Origin: Paragordius varius
Lineage: Eukaryota > Animalia > Nematomorpha
DNA: 64,000 bases
Direction: 5' to 3'
Assembly (NCBI GenBank): GCA_964247055.1
Contig: OZ176056.1
Location: 1,550,001 to 1,614,000 of the forward strand
Both the position numbers and the translations under genes were made by a program. Under the pieces are notes generated by a model. That model saw only the letters and a program-made list of their open reading frames with translations, had not been told where the DNA came from and did not search any database. Shown here one piece after another: positions 26,721-39,159 of the stretch (positions are counted from its first letter, which is position 1; the number at the start of each line of letters is the position of its first letter).

Positions 26721-27504
26721 CAAAACAATTAAATATAAATATATTTAGACGAAAAGGATTGAGTTTTTAATGTACATTTATAAAATATAAATACTAGCAG
26801 TTAATTTAGCTTCATAGGAAAAAATATGATATTATTTATTTAGGGTTTTCATAAGCTTTATATATTTTGATTTTAAACAAGTGTAGTTACCTATCTACTA
26901 TTATTATAAAGATCAACATTGAAATCGATGCAAAATACGATTTCGAAAGTTAAATAATAAAAAAAATATATAATTTTAATTTCATTTTCCTGTTAGGATT
27001 TAAATATCAGAAACAGTGATAGTTTAAACAATCGCCTGCCTAGGGCTAATTGAGATTTATTATAAAAAATTGCGCAGTTTTCGGTTCAAACTCTGGCACC
27101 CTACCACCAGGAATCCGGCGATCTGCTTATTATACCATCTTGCATTCAAAGAATTGTATAATTAGGTAATTAAAATTAGGGGACTAATATAAAATAGATG
27201 TAATTGGTATATTGTAAAAGTTATATTAGAGCACCATAAAAATGTCATAAAATAGTAAAAAACCAACCAGACGATATTTTTAAAAAATCAAAGCTAAGCG
27301 CTTGTAATTAATTTATTGTTAAACGATTAATATCATTCTAGTTTTTGGCTGTTCAAGTCAAGCTTTTATATAAATCGAGCGATCGCAGCTTATTTGCGTT
27401 TAACTGGAAAACACAAACGCATTTTAAATATCACAACTAATTATAGCAGATATTTTAATCTTTTAACAAGGTTTAAATATTTACATGTATTAACTGAGAG
27501 GCGT

Positions 27505-29396
27505 CAGGGGGGTAACGAGGGGAGGGCAAGGGGGTACATCATGCCCCGGGCGCCGTTATTTAGAGGCGCCTAAATGATTTTTTAAAATTAAATTTTAATT
27601 ATGCAAAAATAATGAGAACTTTCAAATGAGATTTTTCAGCAATTAAGGTAATAATCCCTAAAATATATACTCTATTACTATTATTCACCTAATTAGTACC
27701 TTAAAACAAAAATATAATTTTTATTAAAAATCTGGGAAATTATGTTCCTAAAACTCCGTTAGTACTCTTAACCTTTATAATTTCATAGGGCAAAGATGTG
27801 TTTCCCAATCTAAGGGTTGCACTTCAAATACTTTTAACTATTACAACGTCTGTCGCTAGTTGGGAAAGGTTATTCAGCAAATTGAAATTAAATTTAATAT
27901 GTATGCGATCTACGATGGGTCAAGATCGTTTAAATGACTTAAAAAAAGAAAAATTTAATATGATAGATTTTAATGATATAATTGAATCAAAAGCCAGAAA
28001 ATTTTTTACATAAAAGATATTTTTTCTCTTAGTTGCCCACGCTTTCCAAGTGATAAAATCTTTATATAATTAATATTTTATTAAATGAATTGCATTATAA
28101 TTCTGTTAAAATTGTATTGTTAAATTCGCCTTGCTTTACAATTATTTTTAAATCATTATTGTTCGCCGTAATCATAAGATCAATTCAATATATGCAACAA
28201 ACACATTATTTTTATATATAACTAGCGTAAATCTGTTCTGCTACGCAGCCCGAGGGGGGGCATTTGAAAAAAGGGACAATAAAATGATCCACATTTATTT
28301 CGAAACATTATTTAATATCTATGATCTCATAGGAATTTTAAAACGGTGCAATCATACTAATTTCTTGTTTACTTGGGGGAAAAATAGATTTAAAAAATGA
28401 TTTTTGTGGACTTTGTTTTTTGAAAAAAATGGCATTTTACGGGGGGGGGGGGCAGCGGGTAAAATGAGGGCCTAAATTAAAAATGCGAGCCGACTATGTT
28501 CGGCGAATCGAAAATATGTAAACAAAAATTATATTTGAAATAAAGACACGATTTTTGTGGTTCTGTTTTCATAAAAACGCGTTTTTCACACGGGGTGGGC
28601 CCGAACCGCGGGCCTATTTCAAAAAAGGTCGAAGCTAATGTCGGGGCATTCATTAATGATTATATTCTTTCGATGTTTGGATTTGAATGGGTCTACCGGT
28701 TTTCCGGAATCAGATCACAAAGTAACATGACGGATTAGGTTTTAGCGGGTAGCTCCTTACCCACCAGCTATCATCAAAGGAAGGCTGGACTAAAACTTTT
28801 GCCTTTTAACAGGGAAAACCTGGAATTCTTATTAAATTTTTACGGTCTCATACCTTGGGTAAATAAAAAAAGTGAGACCGACTATGTTCGGCGCCATCGA
28901 AAATAACTAAACCAAAATCATATTTGAAATTGAATGCCGGAAAATTGTCTCAAAGACACGATTTTTGTGGACTTCTGTTTTCAAAAAAACGCGTTTTTCA
29001 CACGGGGTGGGCCCGAACTGGGGGCCTATTTCCAAAAAAAGGGCGAAGCTATTGTCGGGGCATTCATTAATGATTATATTTTTTTGATGTTTGGATTTGA
29101 ATGGGTCTACCGGTTTTCCGGAAACAGATCACAAAACCAGCATTTTCCATTTTTATAAATATATAGATTTCCATATTATATAATTTATTACAATATTTCT
29201 GTATTTAAAAATGAATATATTTAGTATTATATAAATATATATATATATTTAATAGATATAAAATTTATATGATTCTCTGTCTTATCTATGGTGTTTAAGT
29301 TACAATGTTTGTATTTTTTTTTTTTTTGGGGGGGGGGGGGGAAGGGGGCATATAAGTTTTATGCCCCGGGCGCTGCAAATGCTCGGTACGCCACTG
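27505..29396 (+). mobile_element. Internally deleted hAT DNA transposon with perfect 8-bp TSD
   Basis: Ends CAGGGGGGTAAC...TACGCCACTG. TSD AGAGGCGT at 27497-27504 and 29397-29404. ORF 27798-28013 (FPNLRVALQILLTITTSVASWERLFSKLKL..RSTMGQDRLNDL) matches the hAT C-terminal dimerisation motif. Confidence 0.9.
28222..29141 (-). mobile_element. Helitron-type/satellite fragment nested in the hAT element
   Basis: Reverse complement of the 6630-6805 terminus (CTAG plus CTGCTACGCAG hairpin), followed by about 1.5 satellite monomers. The 5' end is truncated. Confidence 0.8.
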
Positions 29397-30019
29397 AGAG
29401 GCGTTAGCTTAATCTAAAAATTAATTTAACATTATGGACTCAAAATTGCTATTTGCGCTAAAGGAAGTTATATAATTGTTCGTAGTATATTTAAGCTATC
29501 TAGTTCAATTCGTGTATTAATTCTATATATATACTTTTTTTACATAATAAATATATTTTACTATAAAATTAATGGGAATATGGATATTCATATATTTTGA
29601 TATGGTACACATGTAATGGTTTTTTTTATAAAAACAACGCCCATAAGTTAATATTTTTGTTAGGTTGAATAGGTCAAAATTGGTTTAATTGATAAATTAC
29701 AATTTATTTTTATAACTTTTGCCAGATGAAAGGTGAAGATCATTTATATTTTAGAGCAACGTTTAATAATGTTTTTTTATATGTTTTTCTTTATAAAATA
29801 AGTAAGAAAAGAGTTATTTATTATAATAAGGTTAATAACTGTTATATTTTCAAAAAAAACTTTTCAAATGGCGATGCTATTTCATAATAATACATACGCC
29901 TTATTATTTTATAAAACAATTATAAAAACGTGCTTTTAAGGCATATATATTTATTTATCCAAAAAAATATCCAACCAAAATTTTCTAAAAAAACCAATTC
30001 CATTCCATTCCAAAAACAA

Positions 30020-30837
30020 ATGATGAAGAACTCTACCAGAAAAATATGGCAATTAGTAATAATGATTTTAATGATAATCGGGAGAAAAATTAACGGTAAT
30101 CTTTTTTAATAATAAATAATTTGAATTTTAAAGACTAAAAATCTGTTTCTATTTACTATGTGATAATTTCTAGAGAAAGTCAAGGATAAAAATTATAAAA
30201 TCTTTGCATCAAAATCCCAAATTTAATTGTTAAATGGGCCAGAAAATAAAATTGGGTGTCACAATTTTGAATTGAATTCTTTTCCGACAATGTTCTGAAA
30301 ATTTAGAGCTTGACCTGGTTTCAATCCTTTCTTTTACAATAAATTAGCTTATGCTAATAATTATGCAATTCTCCGATTAAATAATATTTTAGTGGTTAAT
30401 TTAAATTAATTAAATATTATTGTAAAATATTAACTAAAATTTAATTTAAAAAATTCACATCATCTTTGAATGAAAATCATTTTTGTAACATATATCAAAG
30501 AAACGATTTGGGGATTTCTATTAATGTCTGATCTAACTAATTATGAGTCAAAAAAATGTTGCTCAACTTAATCAACACTTTTAAAGTTTTGTTCGTAAAC
30601 CCGTATAAATAGCATGTCTTACTGGGATAGTTGCTATAAAGGCTCGATATTATTAGATATATTTTTGAAAAAAATCCCAATTAATTGAACTTTTAATGAT
30701 AAATTGGTAGCTGAATATTTTTTTTAGAACATTTTTATAGTTTGAAACTGGTTGCGTTTAACGGATTCTTAGTTAACTCAAACAAACCGTCTTATATTTC
30801 AGTTGCTTTTAGCTTTTTTTCCCCATTAAACATTTGT

Positions 30838-30870
<33 letters not shown>

Positions 30871-33138
30871 CATTATAATTAGCTCAAATCCAAGATTTAG
30901 ATGTACGGAGAGATCCGGCTTTTAGGGAATCCCTCATAAATACTCAAACGACACTTTCATCCAATACGTGTTATTTGAATAGCTTTGATGCCTGTTTCAA
31001 TCCCATAGTTAATGATGTACTTCCCTTTCTACAGAAACCTGAAGGATCTAGGTCTCGTCGTCCCCTGGTTGTGAGATACCCAACACTTTTTGATATTTGC
31101 CAGTATACCATAATATATATATATATACATATATAGTAAAAATTGGAATTATACGGACAAAACGCACAAATATAAAGACAAATATTTTTTTCTAAAAAAG
31201 ACAACCATACTTTTTTTGAATCTTAATATTTTTAATGATAACTCATAGTTTCAAACTATAAAGTAGGAAATAAACATGTAAATTAATAAAACAAGAAATA
31301 TATGTATTATACGATTGTAATTAAATGCTTTTAATAGAATAAATTAAGGTTAAAAAAAGTATGGTTGTCTTTTAAAATTTGTCTTTATATTTTTACTTTT
31401 TGTCCGTATAATTTCAATTTTTACTGTATTAAGATATTGCTTTGTTTAAGTGTAGTATATCAATTTTGATGGTATTTTTAGAAACCTATAATTTAGTAAA
31501 GTAATTCCTATAAAAAATTAAGGTAAATGGATATATTTTAAACTAGAGCCTTATTTTAATAAGTAAATTATGCTTTTTTTCATAAAATGTAAATTTCTCA
31601 CTATTTCTTTATTGGAACGCATGTTTTAAGAAATTAAATAGTTTCAACCCTATTTCTTTCCCAATCATAGAGTTTGTATAAAAATATTATTAAGTTAGCT
31701 GCTTTAAATAAAAAACTGGACACCCATTTAATTTTAAAAGCCTAAACTTTTAGTTTTTTAAATTTAGACGGCAATATTTTATTTTTTTTCACATTTAATT
31801 ATTTTGCTCAATAGAGGCTATTATCAATACAAAGCCTGTTTACAAGGGATTGTGGATCGATGTTTTGAATACCCAAACCCCGAAGCTTTAGTTAATGCCG
31901 CGGCCTTTTCAAAAGCCGAAACTATTGAATACACTTGTAACATTGTAGTAGATCCTAGGTAAAATTAATTTTGTCAGAAAATTTTTTATACATCAGCATA
32001 TTTGTATATCATATAATTATTTTAATTGAAAAATTCTTAATCTTTTAAAATTATAATATTTTACAGCATTTATTGGATAAAAATAAATTAATACATCGTT
32101 TGAAACGCTTATATAACTTTACCTTTTTAAGATTTAATTCCAAAATTTTAATATATAGGGATTATTTAAAATTTCCTATAAATTAAACACAAGAGTAAAC
32201 AATTTTTTTGTAATGTACATTATATTAGTACCAAAAAATTGCGAGAATTCAACCCAGAATGCAGGAAAAGCATTACAAAATGTTTCGTAACCTCATTGAC
32301 TGAAGTCGCCTCCTCCAATGAGTGCCAGTAATCGATCGATATAATTTTTATAACACTTTAAATAAATTTACCAATTATTTACTGTAAAAAGACATTTTGT
32401 GTTTTTTAATATAGTAATAAATTGAAATTATACGGACAAAACGTAATAATATAAAGACAAATATTTTTTTCTAAGACAACTATATTTTTACCTTAATTTT
32501 TCTTAAAGGTACTATTTTATTACATTTACGTGTTGTACGTATAATTCAAAATTTTACTGTAAAATATACCAAATATTTTTAGAGCATGGAAAAACTTTCA
32601 ATCATGTGTGACCGATTACGAACTAAATCCCAGCTGTAAAATGGCCAATTTAAATGAACTGGATACTCATAGAGGAAACGTTAAAAAACAAGTATAATAA
32701 ATATATTGAAAAAAAAGTTTTTATCCAATATTGTTTGGGAAATGATTTAAAAAACTACCAATACATTATTTATTCAACTGTATTTTATAATATCTTTTTA
32801 ATAAATTTATATTTCCATGTCTCTCTTTCTCGATCGATTTATAGATAACTGTAGCTTGCAATACAAGACCATTGGGTTTTACCCTACCCCCAAATTTTGT
32901 ACCTCCAACTACGCCTGAAGGCGGAATTCGTTATGAACGCCCTGCGGGCGTAGCGGTTCGAAGACCTAGAAGGCACATGAAAAATCTTGAAACTAAAAAA
33001 GTCCGTCAAAAAAGGCAATGTAATCGAAAAAGTAATGGCAATGCAACAAGCGGTGGAAGTCAATCATTGATGGATTCAATCCGAGAATTTATGAATATGA
33101 AATTATCTAAACTAGACATATTCAATCTTTTCAATTGA
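30020..33138 (+). CDS. Secreted Cys-rich protein of unknown function, 309 aa, copy 1
   Basis: Six exons 30020-30095, 30883-31102, 31815-31958, 32229-32327, 32583-32679 and 32845-33138. All introns are GT-AG with consistent phases (1,2,2,2,0), giving a 930-nt ORF. Signal-peptide-like N-terminus MMKNSTRKIWQLVIMILMIIGRKINA-Q; two 6-Cys repeats; basic C-terminal region. Confidence 0.85.
31134..31426. mobile_element. Tc1/mariner-type MITE family (TA-flanked)
   Basis: TIR consensus CAGTAAAAATTGAAATTATACGGACAAAA. Related copies or halves near 6940-7010, 32413-32560, 35785-36068, 37055-37200, 46130-46410, 53830-53890 and 54515-54570. Confidence 0.7.
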
Positions 33139-33497
33139 TTTTCTTGTTGTTATCATTAGAATTTTCAAAAAAGAAATTTATTGTGGCAATCTTTATCTAG
33201 CTATTTAAAATATAATAATAAATATATTATTATAATATTGTAATATTCGGTGATAAAGATCTGCTCGCTTGCTGAATAATCGGTATTTTACATATTTCCA
33301 CCAAATTTCTAAAGTCTATTTAAGTACGTTTTTTAACATTAAAAACTAATACTTGGAATTTTGGGTGTAATACAGTCTTTAAGTGTCTTTCTTTGGCTGT
33401 TACATATATATATATATATACTAATTTTTATTGAACATGTTAATACTCTGTTATATTTTTTTGACTTAGAAAACTATTTTGTAATTGTATCAATTTA

Positions 33498-33790
33498 CTA
33501 GCGTAGTAAAAAGAGGGCCTAAAAAGGCGAGCCGACTATGTTCGGCGCAATCTAAAATAATTAAACAAAAATCATATTGAAATTGAATGGTCTAACACGT
33601 TCTCTGGAAAAAGACACGATTTGTGTGGACTTCTGTTTTTAAAAAAACCCGTTTTTTACACGGGGTGGGCCCGAACTGGAGGCCTAAAAAAAGGGCGAAG
33701 CTATTGTCGAGGCATTCATTAATGATTATATTCTTTCGATGTTTGGATTTGAATGGGTCTACCGGTTTTCCGGAAACAGATCACAAAACC
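33498..33790 (-). mobile_element. Internally deleted Helitron-type/satellite fragment at the duplication junction
   Basis: CTAGCGTA terminus joined directly to a partial satellite monomer, followed by the duplicated hAT right end and TSD (element end at 34043). Confidence 0.7.
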
Positions 33791-35486
33791 AGCATTTTCC
33801 ATTTTTATAAATATATAGATTTCCATATTATATAATTTATTACAATATTTCTGTATTTAAAAATGAATATATTTAGTATTATATAAATATATATATATAT
33901 TTAATAGATATAAAATTTATATGATTGTCTGTCTTATCTATGGTGTTTAAGTTACAATGTTTGTATTTTTTTTTTTGGGGGGGGGGGGAAGGGGGCATAT
34001 AAGTTTTATGCCCCGGGCGCTGCAAATGCTCGGTACGCCACTGAGAGGCGTTAGCTTAATCTAAAAATTAATTTAACATTATGGACTCAAAATTGCTATT
34101 TGCGCTAAAGGAAGTTATATAATTGTTCGTAGTATATTTAAGCTATCTAGTTCAATTCGTGTATTAATTCTATATATATACTTTTTTTACATAATAAATA
34201 TATTTTACTATAAAATTAATGGGAATATGGATATTCATATATTTTGATATGGTACACATGTAATGGTTTTTTTTATAAAAACAACGCCCATAAGTTAATA
34301 TTTTTGTTAGGTTGAATAGGTCAAAATTGGTTTAATTGATAAATTACAATTTATTTTTATAACTTTTGCCAGATGAAAGGTGAAGATCATTTATATTTTA
34401 GAGCAAAGTTTAATAATGTTTTTTTATATGTTTTTCTTTATAAAATAAGTAAGAAAACAGTTATTTATTATAATAAGGTTAATAACTGTTATATTTTCAA
34501 AAAAAACTTTTCAAATGGCGATGCTATTTCATAATAATACATACGCCTTATTATTTTATAAAACAATTATAAAAACGTGCTTTTAAGGCATATATATTTA
34601 TTTATCCAAAAAAATATCCAACCAAAATTTTCTAAAAAAACCAATTCCATTCCATTCCAAAAACAAATGATGAAGAACTCTACCAGAAAAATATGGCAAT
34701 TAGTAATAATGATTTTAATGATAATCGGGAGAAAAATTAACGGTAATCTTTTTTAATAATAAATAATTTGAATTTTAAAGACTAAAAATCTGTTTCTATT
34801 TACTATGTGATAATTTCTAGAGAAAGTCAAGGATAAAAATTATAAAATCTTTGCATCAAAATCCCAAATTTAATTGTTAAATGGGCCAGAAAATAAAATT
34901 GGGTGTCACAATTTTGAATTGAATTCTTTTCCGACAATGTTCTGAAAATTTAGAGCTTGACCTGGTTTCAATCCTTTCTTTTACAATAAATTAGCTTATG
35001 CTAATAATTATGCAATTCTCCGATTAAATAATATTTTAGTGGTTAATTTAAATTAATTAAATATTATTGTAAAATATTAACTAAAATTTAATTTAAAAAA
35101 TTCACATCATCTTTGAATGAAAATCATTTTTGTAACATATATCAAAGAAACGATTTGGGGATTTCTATTAATGTCTGATCTAACTAATTATGAGTCAAAA
35201 AAATGTTGCTCAACTTAATCAACACTTTTAAAGTTTTGTTCGTAAACCCGTATAAATAGCATGTCTTACTGGGATAGTTAATATAAAGGCTCGATATTAT
35301 TATAGATATATTTTTGAAAAAAATCCCAATTAATTGAACTTTTAATGATAAATTGGTAGCTGAATAGTTTTTTTAGAACATTTTTATAGTTTGAAACTGG
35401 TTGCGTTTTACGGATTCTTAGTTAACTCAAACAAACCGTCTTATATTTCAGTTGCTTTTAGCGTTTTTTCCCCATTAAACATTTGT

Positions 35487-35523
<37 letters not shown>

Positions 35524-37930
35524 TTATAATTAGCTCAAATCCAAGATTTAGATGTACGGAGAGATCCGGCTTTTAGGGAATCCCTCATAAATACTCAAAC
35601 GACACTTTCATCCAATACGTGTTATTTGAATAGCTTTGATACCTGTTTCAATCCCATAGTTAATGATGTACTTCCCTTTCTACAGAAACCTGAAGGATCT
35701 AGGTCTCGTCGTCCCCTGGTTGTGAGATACCCAACACTTTTTGATATTTGCCAGTATACCATAATATATATATATATACATATATAGTAAAAATTGGAAT
35801 TATACGGACAAAACGCACAAATATAAAGACAAATATTTTTTTCTAAAAAAGACAACCATACTTTTTTTGAATCTTAATATTTTTAATAAGTTTCAAACTA
35901 TAAAGTAGGAAATAAACATGTAAATTAATAAAACAAGAAATATATGTATTATACGATTGTAATTAAATGCTTTTAATAGAATAAATTAAGGTTAAAAAAA
36001 GTATGGTTGTCTTTTAAAATTTGTCTTTATATTTTTACTTTTTGTCCGTATAATTTCAATTTTTACTGTATTAAGATATTGCTTTGTTTAAGTGTAGTAT
36101 ATCAATTTTGATGGTATTTTTAGAAACCTATAATTTAGTAAAGTAATTCTTATAAAAAATTAAGGTAAATGGATATATTTTAAACTAGAGCCTTATTTTA
36201 ATAAGTAAATTATGCCTTTTTTCATAAAATGTAAATTTCTCACTATTTCTTTATTGGAACGCATGTTTTAAGAAATTAAATAGTTTCAACCCTATTTCTT
36301 TCCCAATCATAGAGTTTGTATAAAAATATTATTAAGTTAGCTGCTTTAAATAAAAAACTGGACACCCATTTAATTTTAAAAGCCTAAACTTTTAGTTTTT
36401 TAAATTTAGACGGCAATATTTTATTTTTTTTCACATTTAATTATTTTGCTCAATAGAGGCTATTATCAATACAAAGCCTGTTTACAAGGGATTGTGGATC
36501 AATGTTTTGAATACCCAAACCCCGAAGCTTTAGTTAATGCCGCGGCCTTTTCAAAAGCCGGAACTATTGAATACACTTGTAACATTGTAGTAGATCCTAG
36601 GTAAAATTAATTTTGATAGAAAAATTTTTATACATCAGCATATTTGTATATCATATAATTATTTTAATTAAAAAATTCTTAATCTTTTAAAATTATAACA
36701 TTTTACAGCATTTATTGGATAAAAATAATTTAATACATCGTTTGAAACGCTTATATAACTTTACCTTTTTAAGATTTAATTCCAAAATTTTAATATATAG
36801 GGATTATTTAAAATTTCCTATAAATTAAACACAAGAGTAAACAATTTTTTGTAATTTACATCATATTAGTACCAAAAAATTGCGAGAATTCAACCCAGAA
36901 TGCAGGAAAAGCATTACAAAATGTTTCGTAACCTCATTGACTGAAGTCGCCTCCTCCAATGAGTGCCAGTAATCGATAAATATAATTTTTATAACACTTT
37001 AAATAAATTTACCAATTATTTACTGTAAAAAGACATTTTGTGTTTTTTAATATAGAAATAAATTGAAATTATACGGACAAAACGTAATAATATAAAGACA
37101 AATATTTTTTTCTAAGACAACTATATTTTTACCTTAATTTTTCTTAAAGGTACTATTTTATTACATTTACGTGTTGTACGTATAATTCCAAATTTTACTA
37201 TAAAATATACCAAATATTTTTAGAGCATGGAAAAACTTTCAATCATGTGTGACCGATTACGAACTAAATCCCAGCTGTAAAATGGCCAATTTAAATGAAC
37301 TGGATACTCATAGAGGAAACGTTAAAAAACAAGTATATTAAATATATTGTAAAAAAAAGTTTTATATACTATATTGTTTAAGGGAATGTTTTAAAAATAT
37401 ACCAATACATTATTTATTCAACTGTATTTTATAATATTTTTTTAATAAATTTATATTTCCATGTCTCTCTTTCTCGATCGATTTATAGATAACTGTAGCT
37501 TGCAATACAAGACCATTGGGTTTTACCCTACCCCCAAATTTTGTACCTCCAACTACGCCTGAAGGCGGAATTCGTTATGAACGCCCTGCGGGCGTAGCGG
37601 TTCGAAGACCTAGAAGGCACATGAAAAATCTTGAAACTAAAAAAGTCCGTCAAAAAAGGCAATGTAATCGAAAAAGTAATGGCAATGCAACAAGCGGTGG
37701 AAGTCAATCATTGATGGAATCAATCCGAGAATTTATGAATATGAAATTATCTAAACTAGACATATTCAATCTTTTCAATTGATTTTCTTGTTGTTATCAT
37801 TAGAATTTTCAAAAAAGAAATTTATTGTGGCAATCTTTATCTAGCTATTTAAAATATAATAATAAATATATTATTATAATATTGTAATATTCGGTGATAA
37901 AGATCTGCTCGCTTGCTGAATGATCGGTAT
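33710..37930. repeat. Near-identical segmental duplicate (~4.65-kb offset) of ~29060-33285
   Basis: Offsets are 4651 (30971 vs 35622) and 4644 (32872 vs 37516). Includes the hAT right end and the whole secreted-protein gene. Confidence 0.95.
34667..37782 (+). CDS. Secreted Cys-rich protein of unknown function, copy 2
   Basis: Same six-exon structure with an intact ORF. Four coding differences from copy 1 were seen (A>T, R>Q, E>G, D>E). Confidence 0.85.
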
Positions 37931-38044
37931 TAAATTTCTTTTATTTATGTATTCGTTTTTTAACATTAAAAACTAATACATGGAATTTTGGGTTAAATAC
38001 AGTCTTTGGGTGTCTTTCTCTAACTATGTTATAACAAATATATA

Positions 38045-39159
38045 CACTGTGTGCAAAAAAGAGGATCAATTGTTTAAACAAAATATTTATTTCATGAGAT
38101 AGCTTATGACCAGCACATTTGCCGCAAAATTTTTATATGTTGGCAACCTCTTTTTGAAATATTGAGAGAAATATGAAAAATTTAATATATTATGGTTTAT
38201 TATCATTTTAGAATGTATAGCCTAATATAGTTATCTAAAATTCTCAAAAGCTGGAGTTTTTCTTTTAATACGCTTAAAAGACAAAAGTTTTTAATTAAAC
38301 TATATTAAAATAATTTTTTTTAATTCTAAACTCACTATTAATATCTTAACATTCATATTTTATTTAGTGTTATATACTATATAAACCAAAAATATTGTTC
38401 TTAATTTTCGCATTTTTTTGTCATCTGCTGTTTTATGAGTGTACAAAAGGTTAATACAAATATACATGAATGGTAATCATTTAATAAATAATTTATGCGA
38501 AACAGGATTTTAAAATTAGCGTATATCAACCAACAATCCGTACAAACCAATAAAATATTAATTTGTTTTACAACAGACTTGTTAAAGAGATTTATAAGGA
38601 TTGTTGGTTGATACCACTACTATTAAATCCTATTTTGCATAAACTACACTTAATATTCCCATTCATCTAAGATTATAAAACAATATAAATTTTTTACACT
38701 CATAAACCATATGACAAAAAAATGCAATAATAAAAAACAATATTTTTGGTTTAATCTTAATATATAAGTTTTTTTATACTGAATAAAATAGGAATGTTAA
38801 GATTTTAATAGAGAGTTTAGGTGATAAATAATTAATAAATATTTTAATATAGTTTCATCAAAAATTTTAATCATTTAAGTGTACTAAAAGAAAAACGCCA
38901 TCTTTTGAACTGAAATATTATAGAAACCCTAACTATATGATTTTAGGTTATTTATATATCCTAAAATAATAAATAACCATCTCAAATTTTATCATTATAT
39001 TATGAATTACCCTTAATTATCCTTAATCACTTTTGCCCGATTTCGATTTCCTCTCAATATTTCAACTAGGTTGTCAACGAATAATAATTTTCCGGCAAAT
39101 GAATACACTGGTGACAAGCTATCTCATGAAAAAAAAATTTTAAAATTTTTTTCCAAGTG
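38045..39159. mobile_element. ~1.1-kb foldback (whole-length imperfect palindrome) element, Tc1/mariner-like ends
   Basis: TA|CACTG...AAGTG|TA. The arms pair at the termini (~120 bp), at 38330-38460 vs 38690-38820, and at 38500-38550 vs 38590-38650. The homologous site near 33410 is an empty (TA)n tract. Confidence 0.8.

Noticed and set aside
30971-31204. Minus-strand 77-aa ORF (and its copy at 35622-35855)
   Set aside because: It is antisense to exon 2 of the secreted-protein gene and runs into a (TA)n tract and a MITE.
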